A stretch of DNA of 64,000 bases from Vicugna vicugna (taxonomy: Eukaryota), in NCBI GenBank assembly GCA_013265495.1, contig MU058824.1:682001-746000 (forward strand), read 5' to 3'. Below the pieces are notes generated by a model. That model worked only from the letters and a program-made list of their open reading frames with translations, had not been told where the DNA came from and made no database searches. Made by a program: the position numbers and the translations under genes. Within the stretch, counting starts at the first letter, position 1; each line of letters starts with the position of its first letter. Positions 13,901 through 25,663 of the stretch are shown here, piece after piece.

Positions 13901-14416
13901 TTTCTTTATTGGTTTGTAGGAGTTCTTTATATATTCTAGATATTAATTCTTTAGGTTAAATGGGTTCAAATATCTTTTCCCATTCTGTTTCACTGTCATT
14001 ATGGTGTCTAGTGGTAAATAGATAATATTAATTTTAATGTAGTCACATTTATCAAAATTCAATATTTGTGCTCTTTGTGTCTTAAGTAAAATTTCTCCCC
14101 TCAAGGTGTTAAGAATATCTCCTACGTGGTCTTCTGAAAATGTTATAGTTCTGTCTTCCACAGTTATGTTTTTAACTCACCTGGAATTTTTTTTGTGTGT
14201 AATATGAAGCAAGAGTACATTTTCTTTCTTTCTTTTTTTCCTTTAAATAAGGATAACCAATTGCCCAGCACAGTTTATTAAAAATTAATTCTTTCGCTAC
14301 TGATTTTCAATACTAACCCTGTCAGAAACCAAGTTTCCATATAATGTGGGTCAATTTCTGGGATATATAATTTGTTCCTTTGGCTAATTTGTCATTAGGC
14401 CAATATGGTATTTTCT

Positions 14417-14689
14417 TTTTTTTATTACAATATATTTTTAAATTGAAGTATAGTCAGTTTACTATGTTGTGTCAATTTCTGATGTACAGCATAATGCTTC
14501 AGTCATACATATGCATACATTTATTCCTTTTCATATTCTTCTTCATTATAGGTTACTACAAAATATTGAATATAGTTCCCTGTGCTATATATAGTATAAA
14601 CTTGTTGCTTATCTATTTTGTATGTATCTGCAAATCTCAAGCTCCTAATTTATTCCTTCCCACCCCCTTTCCTCCCTGGTAATCATACG
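14417..14689 (-). mobile_element. 5'-truncated cetartiodactyl/camelid L1 3' UTR
   Basis: aattgaagtatagtcagtttac...gtacagcataat...ccctggtaatcatacg. Short TTTTCT repeat at both junctions. Confidence 0.8.
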
Positions 14690-14974
14690 TTTTCTCAATT
14701 AAATCAGCTTTATATGAAGTTTTTATATCTGGTAAAATAAATCTCATTTTTCTTCAGGAATGTATCAGCTAGTCCTGGCCCTTTATTCCATGTAATTTTT
14801 AGAAATAGCTTGGCAAAGTCAATGAAAATACCTGCTGGGATTTTATTTAGAATTTTATTGAACTTATAGCTTAAATTAGGGGAAATTGACATCTCTGCAA
14901 TACTGAGCTGTCTAGTCCAATGAATGTTGAATATTGTCTTAATTATTTAGGTTTTCTAGAATGCTTTTTTGTTA

Positions 14975-16269
14975 TAATCACCTTATTTTTTTAGATTCCA
15001 CATATATGTGGTAATATTGAATATTTGTCCTTTTCTGTTGGATTTATTTCACAAAACATAATAGCCTCCAGGTCCATCCATGTTGTTACAATGACAATAT
15101 TTCATTCTTTTTTAATGGCTGAGTAATAGTTCATCATGTATGTATGTATGTGTGTATGTGTATGTATATATATGTATCTCATTTCTTTTTTATCCAATCA
15201 TCTGATGGACAATTCAGTTACTTCCATATCTTGGCTATTATAAATGATGCTATGAATACTGAGGTGCATGTATCATTTCAAATTAATGTTTTTCTTTTTT
15301 TTTGTTTGGTTATATACCCAGGAGTGGGATTTCTTGATTACATGGTAGTTCTGTTTTTAGTTTTTTTTTAAGGAATCTCTATACTGTTTTCCACGATTTA
15401 CATTCTCACCAACAGTGTACAAGTATTCCCTTTTCTCCATATCCTTGCTGGAACTATTATTTCTAGTCCTTTTGAAGATAGTCATTCTGACAGGTGTGAG
15501 GTGGTATCTCATTGTGGTTTTGATTTGCATTTCTCTGATGATTCATGATGTTGTGTATCTTTTCATGTGTCTCTTGGCCATCTGTATGTCTTCTTTGGAA
15601 AAATGTCTAATCAGGTCTTCATTTTTTAATTGAGTTTTGTTTTTTTTTTGATACTGAGTTGTATGAGCTGTTTCTATATTTTGGATATTAACTTCTTCTC
15701 AGTCATAACATTTGCAAATATTTTCTTCCATTCAGTGGGTTGTCTTTTTTCATTTTGTTGGTGGTTACCTTTGCTATGCCAAATCCTTTAAGTTTGATTA
15801 TGTCGCATTTGTTTATTTTTGCTTTTATTTCCTTTGTCTTAGGAGACAAATTAAAAAAATATTGCCATGATTTATGTCAAGAAGTGTTCTGCCCATGTTT
15901 TCTTCTAGGGGTTTTATAGTTTACAATCTTCCATTTAGGTCTTTAATCCATTTTGAGTTTATTTTTGTATATGGTGTGAAAAAATGATCTAATTTTATTC
16001 TTTTACATGTAGCTCCCTGATTTTCCCAGCACTGCTTATTAAAGAGATTGTCTTTTCTCCATTGTATATTCTTGCCTCATTTTTAACAGATTAACTGACC
16101 AGGGGCCCCAGGGATTCTGGGATTGGTGCATGCCCATTTATAGGCAGAGCTGGATCCCAGAGTCTCTGGCTACAAGGCCCTGGGGAGCTGAGTCCTGGGC
16201 ACGTTGGTGGGCAGGACCATATCCAGGGGTGACTGTGTACTCAGGGGTCTTAAGGCCGCCTGTCTGCTG
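14975..16269 (-). mobile_element. L1 with a 5' UTR fragment fused to the ORF2 3' end
   Basis: 14975-16101 is antisense ORF2 C-terminal region up to the GQLI motif. 16102-16269 is GC-rich and resembles the cetartiodactyl L1 5' UTR (ggtgggcaggacc...cctgtctgctg). Confidence 0.7.
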
Positions 16270-16315
16270 CTTGTCAGGTTTTAGAATCAAGGCTATGCTA
16301 CACTTATAAAATGAA

Positions 16316-18819
16316 AAAAGATTATACATCACGACCAATTGGGGTTCATCTCAGGAACACAAGGATGGTTCAACATATGCAAATCAATCAACATAATACA
16401 TCACATCAACAAGAGAAAGGACAAAAACCACATGATCATCTCACTAGATACAGAAAAAGCTTTTGATAAAATTCAACACCCATTTAAGATAAAAACTCTC
16501 ACCAAAATGGGTATAGAGAGAACATATCTCAACATCATAAAAGCTATATATGACAAACCTACAGCCAGCATAGTACTCAATGGTGAAAAACTCAAAAGCT
16601 TCCCACTAAAATCTGGGACAAGACAAGGATGCCCACTATCACCACTCCTATTCAACATAGTCTTGGAAGTCCTAGCCACAGCAATCAGGCAAGAGAGAGA
16701 AATAAAAGGGATCCAAACTGGAAAAGAAGAGGTGAAAGTGTCACTATATGCTGACAACATGTTACTATATATAGAAAACCCTAAAAGGTCCACACAAAAA
16801 CTACTAGAGCTGATCGAAGAATTCAACAAGGTAGCAGGTTACTAGATTAACATTCAAAAATCAGTTGCATTTCTTTACACTAATGATGAATCAACAGAAA
16901 AAGAAAGTAAAGAAACAATCCCCTTTAAAATAACACCCAAAGTAATAAAATAGCTAGGAGTAAATCAAACCAAGGAGGTGAAAGAATTATGCACAGAAAA
17001 CTATAAACCATTGATGAAGGAAATTAAAGAAGACTTTAAAAAATGGAAAGATGTCCCATGCTCTTGGATTGGAAGAATCAACATTGTTAAAATGGTCACA
17101 CTGCCCAAGGCAATCTACAGATTTAATGCAATCCCTATCAAATTACCCAGGACATATTTCACAGAACTAGAACAAATCATAATAAAATTTCTATGGAACC
17201 ATCAAAGACCTAGAATTGCCAAAGCATTACTGAAGACAAAGAAAGATCCTGGAGGAATAACTCTCCCAGACTTCAGACAATACTACAGAGCTACAGTCAT
17301 CAAGACAGCATTGTATTGGTACCAAAACAGACATATAGACCAATGGAACAGAATAGAGAGCCCAGAAATGAACCCACAAACTTTTGGTCAACTAATCTTC
17401 GACAAAGGAGGCAAGAATATACAATGGAGTAAAGACAGTCTCTTCAGCAAATGGTGTTGGGAAAAGTGGACAGCAGCATATAAAGCAAAGAAGCTAGAAC
17501 ACTCTCTTACACCAGACACAAAAATCAGCTCAAAATGAATTAAAGACTTAAACATAAGATAAGATATAATAAACTTCCTAGAAGAAAATATAGGCAAAAC
17601 ATTATCTACCATACATCTCTAAAATGTTCTCCTAGAATGGTCTACTCAAGCAATAGAAATAAAAGCAAGAATAAACAAATGGGACCTAATGAAACTTACA
17701 AGCTTCTGCACAGCAAAGGAAACTGTAAGTAAAATAAAAAGACAACCTAACGGAATGGGAGAAAATTTTTGCAAATGAAACTGACAAAGGCTTGATCTCC
17801 AGAAAATATATGCAGTTCATATGACTTAATAAGAAAAAAAGAAACAAACAATCCAAAAATGGGCAAAAGACCTAAACAAGCAATTCTCCAAGGAAGACAT
17901 CCAAATGATCAATAGGCACATGAAAAAAATGCTCAATATCACTAATTATCAGAGAAATTCAAATCAAAACTACAACGAGATATCACCTCACACCAGTCAA
18001 ATGGCCATCATTCAAAAATCATCAAATGACAAATGCTGGAGAGGCTGTGGGAAAGGGGAACCCTCGTACACTGCTGGTGGGAATGCAGTTTGGTGCAGCC
18101 ACTGTGAAAAATAGTATGGAGATTCCTCAAAAGACTAGGAATAGACTTACCATATGACCCAGGCATCCCACTCCTGGGCATATATCCACAAGGAACCCTA
18201 CTTCAGAATGACACCTGCACCCCAATGTTCATAGCAGCACTATTTACAATAGCCAAGACATGGAGACAGCCTAAATGTCCATCAACAGATGACTGGATAA
18301 AGAAGAGGTGGTATATTTATACAATGGAATACTACTCAGCCATAAAAATGACAACATAACGCCATTTGCAGCAACATGGATGCTCCTGGAGAATGTCATT
18401 CTAAGTGAACTAAGCCAGAAAGACAAAGAAAAATACCATATGAGATTGCTCACATGTGGAATCTAAAAAAACAAAAACAAAAACAAAAACAAAAAAAACA
18501 AAGCATAAATACAAAACAGAAATAGACTCATAGACATAGAATACAAACTTTTTTTGCCAAGGGGGCAGAGGGTGGAAAGGGATAGACGGGATTTCAAAAT
18601 TGTAGAATAGATAAACAAGATTATACTGTATAGCACAGGGAAATATACACAAGATCTTATGGTAGCTCACAGAGAAAAAAATGTGACAATGAATATATAT
18701 ATGTTCATGTATAACTGAAAAATTGTGCTCTACACTGGAATTTGACACAACATTGTAAAATGATTATAAATCAATAAAAATGTTAAAAAAGTAAATATGG
18801 GTTAAAAAAAGAAAAAGAA
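16316..18819 (+). mobile_element. Young lineage-specific L1, 5'-truncated in the RT domain, ORF2 disrupted
   Basis: ORFs 16339-16845 ([27 protein letters not shown]) and 16978-17538, with in-frame stops. 3' UTR, AATAAA and A-tail present. Degenerate TSD aaaatgaa/aaaataaa. Confidence 0.97.
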
Positions 18820-20955
18820 AAAATAAATTGCAATATAGTCCCTTATTTTCTATTCTTTGGATGACTTTTTATAAATTTGGGATTTTTTTTTTTTAAATGT
18901 TTAGTAGAACTTGCTAGTGAAGCCGTCTGGATCTGGAACTTTCTCCAGATGTGGAAACTTTGTATCTCTGATTCAATTGCTTTAATGGTTATAAGACTAT
19001 TCCAATTTTAAAATGTTATAGAAATATTCTAGAGTCCCAAATAGAAATATGCTAGGCTTTCATGTACATTATATTTTTAAACTTTACTTTCACACTTTCC
19101 CTCTGCTTGTCCCTCTGCCTTGCATTCTGGGTAATTTCTTCAGATCAATCTTATAATTTGTTGGTTCTCTTTTCCATTATATCTAATTTGTTATTAAATC
19201 TCTCCATTGAGATTTTAATTTTGAAGGTTCTATTTTAAATTTCTAGATGTCCTTTTTAATCTTTTTCAAGTTTGATTGCTGTTTGCTCATATTTTCAAAT
19301 CAATTTGTTATTTCCTGAAAATATCAAATGTTCTTAGTTTTTGGTCAATGTCTATTTATCCCAATATTTAAGTATTTGCAGTTATAATTCTACTGTATGT
19401 TATTTAATCTTATTTTATCATGAATTTTGTGAATTTTGACTCTGATTTGTGCCTTGGAACTTTGGGTAAACTCTATGAGACCATTATAAAGGTGGTTTCT
19501 TTCAGAAAGAATTTGCATTTATTTTTTGTCAGGTGCCTGGGGAATAACAGATGTTTGTGTGGCAGAGACATTTTAAACTAAATTCTCAGCTTGAGATTTT
19601 AAAAGTTTATTTCTTTCAAACCTATCAAGTAATATAAGTTTAAGGTGCATACCCAAATAAATGCCGGTGTCATTACCAATTCTCAGGGGAGATTTAAATT
19701 TTGTTACTTCTATTCATGGTAAAGTTCCCACACAAGAAATTTCTTTATATTTTCTTTGAAGATGGGAGTCAGTTTATCTATGATTTGTCTTTACCCTGGG
19801 GCATAGCCCTTTGAGATCTCAACTTTAGGTGAAGAGTTGCCCATTAGATTCCCCACCTTGGACAATCCTCAAGATGTTGTGAAAACTTAAACTCATATTG
19901 AGCTGATTTGCCAAATACTCTCATGGTGAAAGCCAGCTTCAGTGCTCCCTTTTCTTCTCTGAGTTTTTGCCTTCATTTAGTTTTGGGATCATGTGTCTTA
20001 TTTTCTTATAATATCATAAATTAATTTAACAAGATACAAAATTTTTTAACTTTCAGTTTTAGGTTTTTTTTTTTTTAAACTGATGGTTAGTTGTAGTACT
20101 TAGTTCACCATACTACTGAAAATTATTTTTTTAATCTGATTTTAAATGACTACATAATATAATAAAGTACCATGTGAGTATATCACCATTTATTTACAAT
20201 TAGTATTTTAACTTAACTCATTCATTAAGGTGCTGTACCACAACTTACTTAACCACTATCCTTTAGTTGGGCATTTTTCTTGTTTCCAGTGTTTAGCATA
20301 AAAATACTACGATTAAAGTTAAAATATTATATGTATCCACAGGTTTCATATGTCATGATGGATTTCCATTTTATCATGTAGATTATGATGACCCATATAT
20401 CTGTTCTGAGCCAGGGACTGCCATGGTCAGATTTGCATTTTGGAAAGAGTGAAAGATGAATTGCGAGTGGCTGAGATTAAAGACAAAGAGATTCATAAGA
20501 AAGCCATTTGAATGGTCTAGGTAAGATTTGATGAAGTTTTGAGCCAGCCCAGAAGCAGGAGAAATTAAAAACAGGTCTAGGTTAGAGGATACTTGGGTTT
20601 TAGAATTTATAGAATTTAGTGAATGATTGAATGAAAGGGGGTGGGGAGAAACATAAGGAGAACTCTAGTGTTTCTTGTTTGAGCAGTTTAGTGGGTGGTA
20701 ATGTCCTTCACCAAAATAGGAAATACACAGAAAGAACAGACGATGGGTACATGTGCATATATGTTGAGTTTAAGTGCCTATGGAGATACTCACTGGGCCT
20801 TTGGATATTTGTATATGGAGTGGTCTGGGCTTGAGATAAAGATTCGTGAGGCATGAAGGAACGTATGGTAGCTGAAATTTGGATCTTGAATGAGACTGAG
20901 AAAAAAAGGCTTAGGATGAAACCATGGGAAACACCAATATTTAAGAAGTCAGAGG

Positions 20956-22394
20956 CAGAGCCAACAACGTAAATGAAAATGCAGGATCTATTGTTCAAAA
21001 CATAGAAAAAAGTGCTACAAAGCTTTTTGCTTTCTTCTGTGGTGTCTCTCCTTTGACATCATGGTGGCTTTTATTTGCTATTTAATGTCATTCCAATACA
21101 GGAAAATTAAAACTTTATATTATTAGCATGAATTTTATCATTCAGCTTTATATTGAGCAATGCCAATTTTAACAGCTTTATTGAGATCTAATTTGCATAC
21201 AATAAATTCACCCATTTAAAGTGCACAGTTCAGTGGTTTTTAGTACATTCACAGAGTTATGCAACCACCACCAGAATGTAATTTTAGAACGTTTTCATCA
21301 TTCCAGAAAGAAGTCTTCCACACCCATTAGCAGGCCCAATTACTCCCTCCCTATCCCTCAGTAACCACTAATCTGCTTTCTGTCTCTATAGTCCTATCTA
21401 TTCTGGACACTTAATATAAATGAAATCATACACTGTGTGGTCTTTTGTGACTGGCTTCTTTCAGCAATGCCAATTTTAAATGCAAATATCAGAGCATTTT
21501 ACTTGTATATGAAATTACTGAAATAACACATTTCATATTATTTCATAGCTCATTTCTGGAGGATGCCTCAAGCTGGATAGAAAAGACAAATTCAAGCCAA
21601 ACCGAGGAAGGTTGGAGGAAGGAAGAGGGGATTCTCTTTCCCTCTCCCACCTTCCCATAGAGGTGGCTGAAGGAGTACTTCCGGGATGCTTGTGAGTCAG
21701 GTGCAGGACCTGTCCCACAATATGGGTACTCATTCCCTTTGGCCTAAACGATGCTAAGTTTTTCTTCTGTCACTGTGGAATTTCTACTCCAAGCCCTGGC
21801 CAAAGGTGACTTTGAGGAAGGTGAACCATTTCATTTCATTTATGCATGATCTCCTGTCCCAGTTCATGGCAGATCAGTGACCCCCAAGGACCTTTTAACC
21901 TCTGTGCCACAACACGCTGAGTACATGCATGAGGGTAGCCAAGAGGTTCATGGGCCAAGACTTAGCCTCCAATTGGTCACCTGCCACACATGCTTAGTGC
22001 TGCTGGTGCGACACAGGAGTGGAATGTGTGCTCAACCCTGATCTCCCAGTATGGTGCTCAGGCCCTTTCCAGGGGCAGGCAGTGGCAACAGTCACAGGAT
22101 GGAGGTGGAGTGAGGGAGGCCATGAAGGACCTAGGATGTACGGGGGGCACAGCAGTGGGCAGGGAGAACCCATCTCTGGGAGGTAGCAGGAGCAGGGCGA
22201 ACATGCTCTGAGACTCCAAGCCCAGTCCATGTTTCGTTGTCCCGCTGGACTTCACTTACAAAACAGAAATTCAAAAAGGAAGTTATTAAGAATTTTGAGA
22301 CCGTGACTACACTACATTAAGCCTCAAGCAGAGGCCCTTCTGACCTTTGGGTTTTGTTCAACTGCACTGGTCTCACTCCAAGAAGCTGGTGCTG
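20956..22394 (-). mobile_element. MER45-family hAT-Tip100 DNA transposon
   Basis: Ends match MER45 termini (aaatgaaaatgcaggatctattgttcaaaa; aagaattttgagac...gaagctggtgctg). 8-bp TSD gtcagagg (20948-20955) / gtcagaga (22395-22402). Confidence 0.75.
21173..21462 (-). mobile_element. L1MB-type 3' end inserted in MER45
   Basis: cagctttattgagatctaatttgcatacaataaattcacccatttaaagtg... Perfect 17-bp TSD agcaatgccaattttaa at 21156-21172 and 21463-21479. Confidence 0.9.
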
Positions 22395-22742
22395 GTCAGA
22401 GAGATGGAAAACTCAGAAGCAGCAGAAAGAGAAGTATGACAGGAGCTATAAAACAGTGGTGTCAAAGAAGCTGGTGGAGGAAGATAATTCTAAGAAAGAT
22501 GGAGAAGCCAGCAATCATTGCAAGAGAATAATATAGATAAGAAAAGACTCAAAACACTCATATGACAGCACTAATGACTTTGTTGAGATCTAATTTCCAT
22601 AGAATGGAGGGAGTAGAAGCAGATTACAAGGATGGCAGAGTGAATGGGAAATGAGGAAATACAAACAACAAGTATTAACTTGTTCAAGAAACTTGTCTGT
22701 AAAAGGAAGGATGAGAGTGGAATTCTGAGCAGGAGTCTGGAG

Positions 22743-22949
22743 CAGGGTTTGGTAAATGACAGCCTGCAAGCTGGTTCAAGGCCTGTTTTTGTAAATAAAG
22801 TTTTATTTGAACACAGCCATATCTGGTTATCTGTATATTATCTTTGGCTGTTTTCATACAAGAGCTCGAATAGTTGTAAGAGATCATATGTCCTACAAAG
22901 CCTACACTATTTACTATTATGTCCTTAATGAGAAGTTTTTTGACCCATG
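22743..22949 (+). mobile_element. MER58A hAT-Charlie MITE
   Basis: caggg...cctgtttttgtaaataaagttttatttgaacacagcc...tttgacccatg. Confidence 0.85.
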
Positions 22950-22957
22950 ATCTAGAA

Positions 22958-23142
22958 CAGTGGTTCTTAAAGTGTGGTTCCTGGGCCAGCAGCATCAGCA
23001 ACACCTGGGAATTTAGAAATGCAAATTCTTGGGCCACACCCAAGGCCTATTGAATCAGAAACTTTGGGGTGGTAATCAGCAATCTGTATATTATTAAGCT
23101 GTCCAGGTAATTTTGATGCATTTTCAAGTTTGAGAACCACTG
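22958..23142 (+). mobile_element. MER5A hAT-Charlie MITE
   Basis: Terminal inverted repeats cagtggttcttaaa / tttgagaaccactg, with body gcagcatcagcaacacctggga...gaatcagaaact. Confidence 0.92.
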
Positions 23143-24137
23143 GAACAGAGTGCAGATTGAAAGAATAGCTTTTTATGGGAGGAGAGAATCTCTTCTTCGG
23201 AGACAAAGGGAAGGAAGAGGGAATGAATGGGACGCATGAAGCTGAGTCCCACTCATTGGGTTCTGTTTACTCCCTACACTATCTCAGATTTGTAAAATCC
23301 TGCCTTTCTGGATACCACGTTAGATGGAAGCATCCAGGACTGATTTCTAAGTGACATGTGCAACACCACCCAAGTCTAAAGTTAAACATACAGGGAGATT
23401 TCAGCTTAGGATATGGAAGGAAACTCTGTTCAACTGGAAGGTGAGGCAATCCCCATTTGTGCATTGGTGCTTGGGTCTTAAGACAGCCTGTTAGATTGTT
23501 TCCTAAATAAAATTCTGATTCCTGTTCATGGTGAGCATTTCTTTCTAATCCCTGATTACTTATTCTATGCAGAGTCAGAACTCCTTCTTGGAACACATTC
23601 TGGTCTCCAGGGTTCTTTCCTTGTTTCTAAGGGTCAGACTGACCCTAGTTCTCAGCTATCTGGGGTTTAATTAAACTAGCTAGTCAGGGAATCCATTGGT
23701 CTGCTTACAGACCAATCAAAAGGCAGAGACAAATTTGTCTTTCCTAGTGGACCTCTGTTCTATGCTAAGAATTCCTGTCAATGTTTAGTGAATGATTCCT
23801 GTGTTCTGAGAAACTGTGAAAGTTTAGAAGCCAGAGTAGGTCCTAGATCAACAGTATACTTTCTACATGCCTCAATGATTGTCTCTTACACTGTGTGAAT
23901 TAGTAATTTAAATTCAGTTGAATCCTTAGCAGATCTGTTCACACAGTTCCAATCTCTTATACATTTGCTTTCTGCTATGCAGTTAGAATTACTTTTCTTT
24001 ATGAAAGAGCCAGTGTGTTTTCCAATATGAGGTACCTGATTTCCTGACTTGTTTTCCCCTTGCTATGATTATCGTGAAATAATACTAGGGAAAGAGGGCG
24101 TATTCAGTGTTGAAAAGAAGCTGACAAACCTGATGTA

Positions 24138-24305
24138 TCACATTGGGACCTGTGGGCTCTGAGGGGCTCCTGAGAACTCACTTCTAGGATAGGGGAAGGG
24201 TTGGTAGCCCAAGAGGATGAAGTAAAGAGGTAGTGGTCTAGGGCAGAGGGAGGTGGTAGGGGAGTCTCCACGAGTATCCAACTGCTACTCAGTCACTAAT
24301 CCTTT
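24138..24305 (-). pseudogene. Candidate terminal exon 4 with an early in-frame TAG
   Basis: Acceptor gtcctcttttag|. Reads KGLVTE* (TAG at 24285-24287), then the same frame stays open for 48 codons to TGA at 24138-24140. Confidence 0.28.
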
Positions 24306-24750
24306 CTAAAAGAGGACACTTTGCCTCATCATAGCTGTTCGGGGCGGGGTCTTTAGAATCTCCTTTGGTAATGCTCAGGATGATAGAAATGATAGTTCTG
24401 AGGCCTTGAGAAATATCATTAAAATATTTTGTCAAGCGGCCAATAAGTAAAATGTTCCTTGTCTGAATGAATGTTTCTGATAGGCAGTGTGTGTATGTGT
24501 GTGTGTTTTTGTAATAGTTGTATTTTCTCTTTGGTTAATTATCTTTTATGACTTTGTGTTGTCTTATCAATTAGCTTCTCAAATAACAGAGATATGAATC
24601 ATTTATCTTTCATTTTTGCTGTAAGTATTTTCTGAGTTGCTTTTTTACATTTTAATTTTGGCTATGATTTTATTTTTATAATTAAAAATGTCAAGTAGTC
24701 AAATCTGTTAGTGTTTCTTAAATAAGGAGATAGAGAAATGTCATGCTCAC

Positions 24751-24848
24751 CTGCAGGTCAAAGGAATTCCCTGTGTGTTGGAGCCTTGTATGTTGTAGGA
24801 GTGCTGTAGGGAATGTACAGTGTCCTGGCATAGGTAGATCTGCCATCT
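24751..24848 (-). CDS. Candidate exon 3
   Basis: Strong acceptor tctcttccctcctttctcctccaccag| and donor CAG|GTGAGC. 98 nt encoding EMADLPMPGHCTFPTALLQHTRLQHTGNSFDLQ. Confidence 0.45.
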
Positions 24849-25048
24849 CTGGTGGAGGAGAAAGGAGGGAAGAGATTGGGATCACATTAGTGGCTGTTAC
24901 TTGGATGTTGATGCCTTAGGTGCCCAGTTCTTGGAGGGCTTTGTCAGATCCTTCTTAAATAAGCTAGGGTTGATGACTTTACAAGCTTGACTCCTTGTGT
25001 GTGGTTATTGGTAAAAAGACAGAATGACCACTGTCCATACCAACTTAC

Positions 25049-25132
25049 CAGTCCTGCTGGGGCCTGGCACAGTCTGTGCCCATGTATGAGGAAGAATCCA
25101 GACAGTAAGAGAGGTCCTTCCCTCTGAGCATG
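25049..25132 (-). CDS. Candidate exon 2
   Basis: Acceptor catttag|, donor CTG|GTAAGT. 84 nt (symmetric) and open in the frame of exon 1. Confidence 0.38.
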
Positions 25133-25569
25133 CTAAATGATGGGTAATTAGTGTGATGCTCTCTCCATGCTGCGGTAATCCTAAACTCCTTGACCTATAG
25201 ATGCTGGGTAATATCTGAATGGTCCTCTAATGGAGGAACTGATCAGCTTTAGCTTTGTGTCCTCATTTCATTCATGGCTGACAACCTACTCTAGAGTGTT
25301 TCTACTGGCTTTGAAATGATGATACTTTGCATCTTGCCTGCTGCCCAAGGCTATGAAGGACTAGAGAATATTGAACAGATTTAAAAGTTTAGGCTCTGTT
25401 CTTACTAATGTAGCTTCTAACATGGCTGAAATCCCATGGGGGTAAGTTAATCCGTCAGTGGGCAGTTACTGCTGGGAAACCTTGCCATGTAGATGACCTT
25501 GCCCCTGGTTGTCTGGGCAGAAGGTCACATGGAGCTATTCATATTTGAATTCCTTACTTCCCATATTAC

Positions 25570-25663
25570 CTTGGCTATTGGATCCAGCCTGGCTTGAGGA
25601 CCCTGGCCTGGGCATGATTATACTTCCTCCAGAACTAACAGTAGGTCTTGAAGGCCACTCCAT
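25570..25663 (-). CDS. Candidate coding exon 1 of an unidentified small gene or pseudogene
   Basis: GCCATGG Kozak start at 25663. Encodes MEWPSRPTVSSGGSIIMPRPGSSSQAGSNSQ. Donor AAG|GTAATA, phase 1. Confidence 0.3.

Larger units (their letters stand above)
13010..20120 (-). mobile_element. Ancient L1ME host element, fragmented and internally deleted
   Basis: 3' UTR from ~13010. ORF2 pieces at 13600-14410, 14690-14965, 16270-16315 (SFYKCSIALILKPD) and 18828-19010. ORF1/5' region at ~19060-20120. Hosts three younger L1 insertions. Confidence 0.75.
20420..22734 (-). mobile_element. L2 fragment split by MER45
   Basis: Antisense L2 body at 20420-20955 (ggatgaaaccatgggaaacaccaatatttaagaagtc) resumes at 22395. 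Confidence 0.7.

Noticed and set aside
16339..17538. Reverse-transcriptase ORFs as a novel retron/DGR-like or domesticated RT system
   Set aside because: These are ordinary L1 ORF2 fragments with stops, 5' truncation and an A-tail. The same applies to 59279-62736.
16473..17612. Antisense ORFs repeated at 60069-61208 as a duplicated gene
   Set aside because: They are the reverse frames of the two L1 copies.
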